Part shown: positions 53,041-64,000 of the stretch, piece after piece
How the letters are laid out: every line of letters begins with the position of its first letter
Position numbering within the stretch: position 1 is the first letter of the stretch
Assembly: GCA_964016885.1 (NCBI GenBank)
Contig: OZ024743.1
Span: 9,486,001 to 9,550,000 of the forward strand
DNA from: Eledone cirrhosa
Lineage: Eukaryota
DNA: 64,000 nt
Reading direction: 5' to 3'
Position numbers and translations under genes: made by a program
Notes under the pieces: generated by a model
Seen by the model: the letters and a program-made list of their open reading frames with translations, nothing else
Told to the model about the DNA's origin: nothing
Databases searched by the model: none

Positions 53041-54459
53041 TGTGTGTGAATATATATTTATTTATGTATGAATTTATGTGTGTATACATATATACAGATT
53101 CATACGGGTGTGTCAATTTGTGTATGTGTACGTCAATACTTACTATGAAAGGAAGAAGTCTGGTTTGGGTATTCTGTCATGTACAGAACAAACCCTTTAA
53201 AGAATTGCGTATTATTCTTATTCCAAGTATTCTGGTGTAATGAAAATTCTTCATAACACTGAAAGCCAATAAACATTAGGAAAATCACATTGCTTTGTTT
53301 TCATAAATACTTTAAATTTCTATTGAGTCTTTTGGAAGTTATAGGCCAAAACCTACACATAAGAAATAGAAATATTTCAACGAGTTGAACTGCTTTCCAT
53401 ACCATATTTTATCCTTTAGGCACTTGCCGAATTCCGTTAATTAATATTGTATAAACCGACATAAAAATCATATTTGTAATCCGTGTTTTCCGTAACATTT
53501 TATGTCACCAGTTCGCCTACACATTTAATATATATTGATATTCTACTAATAACATTTTAAAGAATTTATAGAATATATAATGATAAATTTTCCAAAGTGT
53601 AAATCTCGATTTTCGCCCAAGAAAAGGTAATTCGATTTTCCTCTTGTTTATGGTAAGTTCCAGTTATAAAAGGATTCGTCCAATCTCCCATCTGTTTAAT
53701 TCTGAACTGAACATTGATCATACGAATCACTGTTTCTAATATTGAAGTGGGCAACAATATGAATTTCCTTCAAATTCATTGTTTTAATATTACTTTATAT
53801 TTTCCAATTGCTATTGAGTACCTGATTTACTTTTGTATCGCATTTGTATATGTCTATCTGGATTAATGTCTGTAAAATGAGATATTTATATGTATCGACG
53901 TATAAGATACATTCAGTCTAGGTAGTTGGGTATGAATATGCAAGTATATAGGGAATGAAATTTTATTCTGAGTGTATCAGAAATCCAACTACAGGCAAAA
54001 GAAAATTGCGGAAGGAAATAAAAGAAGTCAAACGATAATTCTCCATTATTAAATAAATGCTGCTACTTCAGACAATTTCCGTTTATTTTTAATGCCGCAA
54101 TTACGTCTTCTATTGATTATTGTCATTTGTATCTTCATTTACAATCTGCTTTTGATTTAACTTTGTATTTGAATGAATTTTTTCCTAAACGCAGTGATAT
54201 TTGGGGAAAATGTCGCAACCAGGTTACATAGCAGGCTGGTGAATATTTTATTTACACTAAAATATATTGTTCAAATAAAGGAAAATTGTTAGATCATATT
54301 TCACTGAATATGACGAGAAAGCTTTCAGATGTGGAGAATTGGCGTTGGATTTATTATTCCCAATAAAACGAAACATTAATCAGTTATGAGTCGTTGAAGG
54401 TATTTCGAATTTTGTAGGGTAATAGAATAGAATTTGTACGCTTATCTTCAGAGCATGTA

Positions 54460-54720
54460 CAGAAATATAAACCGAACAAAAGGTACTACTGGCACTCCAT
54501 CGATTACGACGACAAGTGGTCCGGTTGATACAGTCAACGGAACAGTATGCCCGCGAAATTAAGACAGAATGTGACAAGCCTGTTCTTTCGAAATACAGGC
54601 ACAACTCATTTTTACCAGCTGAGTGGACTAGAGTAACGTGAAATAAAGTATCTTGTTCAAGGACTCAACACGCCGCTGGGAATCGAACTAACGACTGTGA
54701 GGCGAATACACTAACCACAT
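54460..54720 (-). mobile_element. tRNA-derived SINE
   Basis: ACTCATTTTTACCAGCTGAGTGGACT...CTTGTTCAAGGA...GGGAATCGAAC, similar to 28650-28740. Confidence 0.65.
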
Positions 54721-54739
54721 ATAAGATAAACTGTTATTA

Positions 54740-54950
54740 ACCTATTCGCAGTATCTGTAGAGCGTCAGACACCATGCTTCGTAGCATAGAGCTACGGCTC
54801 ATTACGTTCTGAGTTCAAATCCCACTGAGATTAGCTTTGTCTTTCATCCTTGCAGAGTCGATAAAATAAAGTACCAGTACTGAGATTGATTTAATCGATT
54901 TTCCCCTCCCCCAAAATTGCTGGTCTTGTGCCTATAGTAGAAATCATTAT
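54740..54950 (+). mobile_element. tRNA-derived SINE
   Basis: GAGTTCAAATCCCACTGAG...CTTTCATCCT...GTCGATAAAATAAAGTACCAG. Confidence 0.7.
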
Positions 54951-55605
54951 TAACCTACATTTATTAAAAAATGTTCAAATATTATATCCTCATTCTGCAT
55001 GTAATTCTAGAAATAATATTTATCTCACTATAACAATTTTGAACAGTATAAACGTAGAATATCAATCTATTTGATACATGGAGGAAAGGTGACTTGCCAC
55101 TCAAGATATAAAAACTGACCTATTAACACATAATGGAGAAAAATATGTAGCGTTAGCATTATAAAGTATAATATTATGAAATTATATCAGTATATGGGCC
55201 AGAACACTTATCCAATTATTAGATATTATTTACTTACACAGAAAATAATTACATACAGATGTAAAATAATTACATATAGACATAAAATATATGTAACCCA
55301 AAAGAATACGGCATATTACATGGAAGCATAATAGATAATTAATTTTATATACTTTCTCATATAGTAAAAATTCACATGTTTTATATTGTTTAGCATAATC
55401 ATTATTGTACACAAATTTCCAGATATACACAAACGCATAATTTATTCTTAATATTGATTGATCATACTTTTAATCGCCTAATCAAGGAAAGCTTTGGATC
55501 ACATTCACAGACATACACTTACATGCACGTGTGCGCATACACACAGGTACAAACTAACATACATCCACACGCACACGCATGCGCATACACACGTATAATA
55601 ATATA

Positions 55606-55675
<70 letters not shown>

Positions 55676-55678
<3 letters not shown>

Positions 55679-56158
55679 AAAATTATGAATGTTGGATTCT
55701 TATAGAATTCCAGTAATAATCAGGAACTGAGCGGTTGCCGGTCCAGCAAAAATTGAAAATTAGAATTGTTGTTCTGAAATAGCGATGTATATATGACTGT
55801 ATATATAGTGTATTTGGTAATACACTGTGTGCTTAATTAAAAGCATTTTGAAGATCTTACGCTATTGTTTTAAAGTAGTGAATATGTCACTTACTTCTTT
55901 TTTCAACAAACAACATTCATAATTTTCAACAGACAAGGGGAGTGCTAAGCTCTGGGGAATACCAACAGTATGAAACAGAGATCTGTCAGCTTATCTCCCT
56001 TTTTTTGTTGAAAAAAGAAGTAACTGACATAGTCACTACTTTAAAACAATAGCGTAAGATCTTCAAAACGCTTTTAATTAAGCACACAGTTTCTTACCAA
56101 ATACACTATATATACATTGATATATACATCGCTATTTCAGAGCACCAATTCTAATCAA

Positions 56159-56166
<8 letters not shown>
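55676..56166. mobile_element. Fold-back non-coding element in (TA)n, no HHR recognised
   Basis: 55759-55910 is inverted at 56004-56155; the left arm has an ~80 nt extension. Confidence 0.65.
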
Positions 56167-56195
<29 letters not shown>

Positions 56196-56196
<1 letters not shown>

Positions 56197-56327
56197 AGTA
56201 GTAACACAATAGTCAGTTCCCCATACCGATAACAATTGGGTTGGTATGGTGAACTAACTGTTGTGTTACTGCTTCTACCAAACCCGTCTCATGGACTGAG
56301 TGCTCTACCACTACGGATATTACCAGT

Positions 56328-56328
<1 letters not shown>
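56196..56328. repeat. Tiny fold-back insertion between microsatellites
   Basis: AAGTAGTAACACAATAGTCAGTTCCCCATACC / GGTATGGTGAACTAACTGTTGTGTTACTGCTT plus a ~50 nt tail. Confidence 0.55.
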
Positions 56329-56383
<55 letters not shown>

Positions 56384-56404
56384 TTTCTTTCTCTCTCTCT
56401 CCCC

Positions 56405-56506
<102 letters not shown>

Positions 56507-56600
56507 ATAATAATAAATTTGAAGACTAAAATCCAAAGAGGGCTCGATAAGGATAAATATATATCAAATATATAAGAACCGTAGAGCAAATACTTTCCTC

Positions 56601-57619
56601 TATTACAGCCCCACGTTATACCCTAACGGATAGTACGATCTATACGTGGATATTTTACGTCTTGATGTGGGAGCTAAGTATATGTTTTGTTTATACCATT
56701 ACTTATTTGCATAGGTAAGTATATTTTACCCGTATGTTTTGTAAAGGTACGTATACCTTCTCGTACGTATATTTGATTGTTTATGTTATGGCGTATAATT
56801 TTATATATTCTGGTACATATGGTTTGGCTATGTGTATACGGGAGTTTTGCGTCTGTGTGAGTATGCAGGTTCGTACGTATGTAGGGTGTGTGTATATGTG
56901 TACTTCATGTTTTGGTTGACTTACGTCTCCGAACATTCGTGTATTTACATGTAGGTATGTGTGTGCGCTTGTTATATACGTATTTATTTATTTATATACG
57001 TCTATATAATTATTTATTTATTTGTATACACGCATACACACACATATTTATATGTGCGTGGTTTTGTATACCTATGGTAAGTGTTTTGCGTATGCTTATG
57101 TATGTACGTATTTGTTTGCGTGTATGTATTTATTTATTTCTATTACTTCTGTATTGTATTTATTTACTTTGTTCTTAACTCTGTAGCAGAGATTTATTCG
57201 GTCTCCTAGTTAGAATTTTAGTCTACGACTTCTGCTATACCATTTACGTGGTTTTGTCTTTGCGTGCTATTGTTCTCCACGCTCCACATATGACGTATTA
57301 TCTTCGTTCATTGCCAGAGAACGTCTCTATGAACCACCTAAGATAACATTAGTCTACGACCTCTTTTATACCATAAACGTGGTTCTGTCTTTGCGCGTAA
57401 TTGTTTTTCACCGCTCCTATTAATGACGTATTATATTCGTTTTTTCGCGTTCTTTGCCAGCGAACTTTTCCTCGAACCAAAGTATCGTCTTCCTGTCTTC
57501 CCCCGGTTGCAACGTTTTTTGAAATATCCAGTTCTGCGTTTACAGATTGACTTTGTTAGTTTCAGAAGATCCCGTTAAGGGTGAAAGCAGCGATTCTTTG
57601 CTTAAACTTTAATCTGTTA

Positions 57620-57626
<7 letters not shown>
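56601..57626 (+). mobile_element. 3' UTR copy of the PLE at 4815-6975
   Basis: Reverse complement of 4815-5839 with scattered substitutions; includes the U4A HHR at 57558-57608; 56503-56600 may be its inverted tail. Confidence 0.9.
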
Positions 57627-57653
<27 letters not shown>

Positions 57654-59368
57654 CTTTAATTATGGTAACAATTTTAAAAACTATAATAGAAAACATTACA
57701 ATAATTCCGAAAGCCGAAAAAGAAATAGAACTAGGAATATATTATGGTTTGCTCCTCCTTTCTCACTAAATATTAAAACCCCTATTGCTAAACTATTCTT
57801 TAAAGCTCTTGACAAACGCTACCCTAGAACACATAGATATTACTCAATTTTTAATAGACATACTATAAAATTAACTTACTCTTCCACCAAAAATTTAGCG
57901 CAAAATATTAATAGAATTAATAATAGAAATTTAAAACCTAACCAAAATACCAATAATAACCCAAGCAATATTCAATCGAATAATTGTAACTGTAGAAATA
58001 AATCCAAATGTCCGTTAAATAACAACTGCTTAGCTAAAAATGTGGTTTATAATTGTAATGTTAAAACGAATTTAAATTCATTTAATCATGTCGGTTCCAC
58101 CTCCACAGAGTTTAAATCCCGCTTCAATAATCATAAAAATTCTTTTACAGATCCAAACAAAAAATCTTCAACTTCGCTATCTAGCCTATTATGGGACCTA
58201 AAACGAGATAATGTTGAATATTCCCTGATTTGGAATATTATTTCAAAAGCTACTCCTTTTAATTCCTCTTCAGAAAATTGCGATCTTTGTATAGAGGAAA
58301 TATTCTTTATATTAAAGACCAAAAATTCCCTTAATTTAAGGAATAATTTATTCAGTTGCTGCAGACATAGATTGAACTCAATGTTTAAACATAAATATAC
58401 ATTTAAAATGTAGTATAATTAATTAAGTAATTTGGTTAATATATGAAACCTGTCGATAAATCATTAGATTCCTTCACCTTTTTCATTTTCTTTGGTTAAG
58501 CACTCAAGTATAAATAAATTTTCTTCCTAAATATAAATATAAATATAATAAACTATTCTAGAAAAGTTTATCCTTTCAATATCTTGAGTAAAATATACGT
58601 AAGATAAATTTCTATACTAAATCTATTAAACATATTATTTTAGCTTAAAATATTCTATAATATTTTAAAATATTTTAATATTTTGATATTTGTAGAATTC
58701 CTTTGTTTTTAGGTTATATTGATATAATTATATTTCCAATATATAATCCTTTTGTATTTTATATACTCAATTGTACTATGCAATATATTGATGTATACTT
58801 ATCTCTATACGACTAAGTATGTATGTGTATTAACATACATATGCATGTGTTGTATGCATTTTTATGAATATATGTCTGTCTGTATATATGCATGAGTGAC
58901 GCATGTCTACCAATTGGGTGAAGATGCACACACATGTTTATATATGTATATGTAAGAATTGTGTGTGTACATGTACATGTGTACCCATGAAATTTGATTG
59001 CAAATATGCATAATTTAACAGCCATAAATGCATGAAAGTTAATCCTATATATTTATATATATATACTAAAAATTTTTATTTAATAACACAAGGAATATAT
59101 AGCAGTAATAAAGAAAATCATTTATGCTTTGTATGTATATATTATATGCGGAAGTAGATATAGTGTGTATTTTCTGAGTGTGTGTGTATATATATATTTA
59201 TGTATTTTTGCGTATATGTACGTGCTATATGATAGGTAATTTCTCTAGCAATATATATATTTCGTAATGTTTAAATTCCAATTTTTAATATATTGATCTC
59301 AATTTTTAAAATAAATATCTAATCATAACTAAACAATGATTAATTTCTCATATTATATATGTATATTC

Positions 59369-60832
59369 TCTTTTTATTTGCCACCAGGGCATCAAAAAGT
59401 GGGACAAGTACAATGGGTGAGTTTACATAACAAGGCGTCCTCAATAAGGAGGAGGCAATAACAAAATATAAAAATAAAATAAAATATAACAAGATAAAAT
59501 TTATAACAAAATCCTCAATAGAGAGGTGGCGCCTTGGGGGGTCGCACACACCCCCGAAAAAAAGTGTGCAACCCTTCTCCTCAGGAGCACAGAGAGGGGG
59601 TGCTCCCTTGGTCTTTCATCTTCCTCACCTATAGTCTGATGTAGAGTGATACCCATTCACACGGGCCATTCTCGCCACTTTCACCCATCTTTCATAAAAA
59701 CGGCTGGGGTGCAGCACTTCTCTCTCCATCCTGATCCTTCTTCCGAAATGATATCGGAAGAAACGGACCAGTTGTTGGCCAGAGAGAAAGGTATCTGACC
59801 TCAGTCCTTTCAGACGCGTCCACCATACAACCTCTTTCGCCATGGCTATTACGCACAGAAACACCGCCTCTCCTTCGTTTTTGAAGAGGGGAGGCGGCTT
59901 GATCGTTACAATAGACTCGGTGGTCAACCGGATCGATCCCACTCTTGACAGCAGTTGTTCGGCATAGCCCCACAGATCGGCAATACCCGAGCAGTGTACC
60001 AATGCGTGTGCAACGGTTTCCTCGTCGCACACGCATCTGGGACAGATCTTTTTCGAGGGTCCCTATCCGGGCGCCCGTGTCTGTAGAGCCTTTCTCGAAC
60101 GGGCAGAGCCCTTCTGTAGCACTGCCAGGCCAGGGACCTCTGGAAGTTATCCATGGGTCCCGGGCTGAATGTCCTACCGAACAGGTTGGCCAGTTCGTCT
60201 TCCTCCATGCCTAGGGCTTCTCCGAGGGCGTCGTCGCACCTGTTAACCACCAGCCCTCTATAGAATGACGAGGTGGATTCTCCACTGACAGCCGGGTCCG
60301 CCTGCCAGAGAGAGAGCCGTGAGCGCCTGGGCACACTCGGTGTGCCAGGCGCCCAGTTTTCTCGGTCTTTGCTTGACCCAGGATTGCAGCTCCGTGAGTG
60401 AGACGAGTCTGGGAAAGGCTCGCCTCACAAACGGGGCCCACACCGGTTGACCGGTGAGGAATACCTGGAGGTGCCGTAGCCTTAATGCGTGTTTACGTAT
60501 CATTAGCCACGGCATCCCCAGCCCTCCTTTCGAAGGGTGTTGACAGCAGATGGATCTCCTCACCATAGGAGCCCGCTTCTTCCAAAGGAATTGGAAGAGT
60601 GCGCGCTCCATTTTGGCGAGCGTTTCCCTTGGGCAAGGCACAACGGTCAGGCGGTAGTAGATGACGGACGCTATATAAGTGTTCGCCACCTCCGCCCGAC
60701 CTTTCAGGGACAGTTTGCACTCGGCCCACTTCTGGGTCAGTGAAAACACCCTGTTCGTTACCTCACCCCAGTTGTTCTCCACCTGGAGGTCTGGTCAGAA
60801 CCAGACCCCGAGCAACTTCACCGGGCCCTCCG
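59369..60832 (-). mobile_element. Tx1/L1-clade LINE, 5'-truncated, with 9 bp TSD
   Basis: KLLGVWF...W...LSLKGRA...GGLGMP; CPRC...EETVAHALVHC zinc knuckle; AATAAAAA end; TGTATATTC at 59360-59368 and 60833-60841. Confidence 0.88.
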
Positions 60833-61240
60833 TGTATATTCCATTCATGAATACTAATCTTTCTAATTTTATTTATTCATTTCATCTCAATTGTTAACTC
60901 AACTTAATATGACATGACTTCAGGTTTTCGTTCTTTCCCCCTCTCTCTATCTCTATATTTCTCTCTCTTGATTTTTTTTCTCTCTGTTTGGTGGTTGGAT
61001 ATCTCTCTGTTGTTTTTCTGTGTTTTCTTTTTTTCTTTTTTCTTTCTTCTTTATCTTTATATATCTCTCCCTTTCTTTTCTCCACTTTTATCTCTCTCGG
61101 TTTCTCTCTCCGTCTTTTTCCGTCTCCTTAACACAACGACTTACTAAAATAAACAAACCACTATCCTGATGTCTTCCAAAAGTAACGGTCGCATTTTGAA
61201 AGGGTACGTCAATTTTTATTTATAAAACTGGTATATATTG

Positions 61241-61305
61241 TATTTTGTCTGATAAAGGCATACCATAATTTAACATGGTATCCTTGAAATATGTATAATG
61301 AAATA
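61241..61305 (+). ncRNA. Hammerhead motif with C3-A8 mismatch (probably inactive)
   Basis: TATTTTGT-CTGATAA-AGGcATACCA...TGGTATCCTt-GAAA-TATGTA-TA-ATGAAATA; related to 48409-48461. Confidence 0.7.
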
Positions 61306-61344
61306 AATATGGTTTTATAAATATAGTTTCCATTTATTAATATC

Positions 61345-61385
<41 letters not shown>

Positions 61386-62899
61386 ATTGTGTGTGGGTGT
61401 GGGCGTGTGTATAACGAAGATATATAAAAGAAGTAAATGGACTGAATATATAAAGAGACCTAATTAATTATGATTCGGAAATACATTCCAAAATGGACAT
61501 ACGAGATTTAGCAAAATATTGTGGGGAATAGTGAATCTTGGGTTTCATTCTGATGGCTCCTATGAGCTTTGGTTTTATTAATTTCACGTTCAACAATTCA
61601 AGTAGGAGCTCATATACATAAGTTAATGAACCCTCCAAATGATAGATATTTAATGAGTGACTGATAATGGTCAACAAGATGATAAGTCATACCTGATCTA
61701 AGAGAGATAACTCTGAAATTGGGAAATTGCTGAGAAAGGGCATTCCTTGATAGTGGATTCAATGATAAGATATAGTAGATATTCCATGATTTACACACCT
61801 TAACCTCCAAACATAAAAAACTAACGTATACAAAACTTCTTAAAATTAACAGACAAATATTTCATTCTTCCAACCCATATATCAGTTATTTATATGGCCC
61901 TTCCATGGAGTCAAATGTAGCTAAAAGATCTGGTTACGATAGAAGGCAGCTTTAAATAACTATTTTACTCAAATGCATGAACCGTTAGACAACCTAAACT
62001 GAAGCCACCGATTGCTTTTACGAGACAAAGGAATAGAAAGACAGAGGTGTGCATCACATAATAAAATGGAGAACACTAGAAAAGCCCAAGCCATAAATCA
62101 GCTGATCAAAGGAATGTCAACTTTGTATCAACTAGAAAAGCAGAAAACTGCAGTGTATAAAATCTTGTAAAGAATACTTAAATCCCTAAAGTGAGATAAT
62201 CCAGAGCCGTTTGAATTTAAAAATAATTACTCACCAACGTCTAGATCTACATGAAAATGTATAAAATCCACCTTACAGATACCCAACATGCTGTCAGACT
62301 GTCACAATGCTCTCACCCTTATCTTCTAGCACACCAACTACCCACTTGAAAATGTTCTTTCATATACCAAAGGAGTGTGGTGTACATTATCTCTCGAACC
62401 ACGGACATACCAACTATATATCACATTCTCCCCCTATCTCCTTTTCTTCTTCTTCTTCCTACAATTAATATACCTCTAGGCCCTTCCTTAATCTCATTTA
62501 TATATTGTCACATTGTTTCCCATTATCACTTGTTCTGTTAGCATTAAGGATATGTGCTCCTACTTGGCGAGTTGAACCAAAGCTAATATAACTCAGCAAT
62601 GATGCAGCATTTAGATTCATGTTATACCCTTGTGTTTCAAACCCAGAGAGGCTTGAGGATCAGAAATAATTGATAAAAGTAGTTCCTAGTATAAAATTAT
62701 TGTACTCAATAATAATCAGACAAACGATTGAAAAGGCTTTGAGAAATTGAGTAAGAAGATTGGAAATCATATCATTTTAATTTAATCCACGTAGAAACTT
62801 TGACACTTCGGGATTATTTCGTCTAAGTCATATGGAGTTGATTAATGCTCAAATTCGTGCAAATTAATAGTTGGAAAATTTGCAAGTACTAAAATTTCT

Positions 62900-63900
62900 A
62901 AGAAAACCCTGTTCACAGATTGAATAAGTAAAAAATGTTTGTAGAGAAGAAATATTTGTTGCTGTGTGCAGAGTATACTTTTAATATGACGGAGTGAGGG
63001 AAATAGTAATAGTAGCAATAGGAAGCAAGAACAGAAGTAGACGAAGGAGAAAACAATGGAGGGAGACAGTGTATTTGTAACTGGTAATTGAGAACAATGG
63101 AAAAAAAACTACATAAAGACCAAGGAAAATCGACTGCTGTCAGAGTGAGTGCTTGGTCAACAAGAGAAGGAAAGAGGAAAAGAAAATTAGCTGAAGTGTG
63201 AAGTCGACACATGATAAAAGGTTGTGCATTTTATAGGATTTGAAGAGGAATTAAGATAAAGCCTTCGTCATTTTAAACTGTTGAAGAAATAATGCAAAAA
63301 TCTGAAAGGAGTATGGATATTATTGATAATGGACATGAAGAAGGTGATTTGATGTTTGGGGAGCATTTCGGTTCGATGCAGTAATTGATGTTGAGAGCGT
63401 ATATTTCAGGTATTTTAATGAAGTCATGATGCTCAGCGTAATCTGAAAGGGGGTAGCCTAACCAGGTCACATTTTAGAACACACAACTACTCTGTTGACG
63501 TTGCTTAGCTTCCAGAGAAGGAAAGTAATTTATAGAGTAAATGACTTCTTTCACACGAATAAGGTTTTGCGGAGAAAAATAAAATAAGCGTGGAAGGGTT
63601 ATACAGCAATAGTTGGACGAACAGAAACATGTTTGAAACGCTTCTACAGATTTCATAATCAAGGCGTTTGGAACACCCATCCAGATAGCTAAAATAAGTT
63701 CAGTGGAACAATTAGCGACGGTACAAATATTTGTGATTAATAGACTAATAATATAAATCCTAATATTTTTACATAAATTTTTACATAAATCCTTATGTTT
63801 TGTGAGATGAAGCATTTGTAAAGTGATTGAAGGTTTTCGCTGTGCAATGTGGAAATAAAATCGTTTGTCGCATTCGAAATACAGAATATTATCATGGTTA
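62900..63900 (-). pseudogene. Highly degenerate LINE RT relic (CR1/L2/Jockey-like)
   Basis: Motif-like pieces in the expected order (ILYFEC.K, GVPN, DYAEH, FFMSIINNI); heavily decayed. Confidence 0.35.
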
Positions 63901-64000
63901 ATGTTTATCGAAGCAATGTATGTCTGACGGATGGTGTCTCCATTACATTTGGATGAAACGTGTGCGCAATGTTAACAATAAGCGAAGAGTAACTGTTCTG

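Larger units (their letters stand above)
57653..61347 (+). mobile_element. 5'-truncated Neptune-type PLE interrupted by a LINE at 59369-60832
   Basis: RNILWFAPPFS...NCNCRNKSKCPLNNNCLAKNVVY...HVGSTSTEFKSRFNNH...CDLCIEE (to 58413); AT-rich UTR resumes after the TSD and ends with an HHR motif and (TA)n. Confidence 0.75.

Overview
AT-rich eukaryotic repeat DNA with long (TA)n, (ATGT)n and (GA)n microsatellites; the SINE types and repeat density suggest a cephalopod such as Octopus (inference). No host protein-coding gene is evident, and most ORFs in the track are microsatellite translations. The window is dominated by Penelope-like elements (PLEs; RT and GIY-YIG remnants) and non-coding PLE-dependent elements inserted into (TA)n as fold-back structures, nearly all carrying minimal type I hammerhead ribozymes (HHRs). 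About 25 HHR motifs, intact or decayed, were folded by eye, including U3-A8 covariant and U4A cores. The most striking system is a family of ~400-480 bp non-coding elements (four diverged copies) in which an octamer, a PSE-like segment and a TATA box sit at near-fixed spacing just upstream of an HHR and covarying hairpins: a retrozyme-like element with its own compact snRNA-type promoter. Also present are ~550-600 bp tandem/inverted HHR monomer arrays, fragments of R4/Dong-, HERO-, CRE-, RTE- and Tx1/L1-like LINEs, a mariner relic and tRNA-derived SINEs. All alignments and folds were done by eye; boundaries are approximate.
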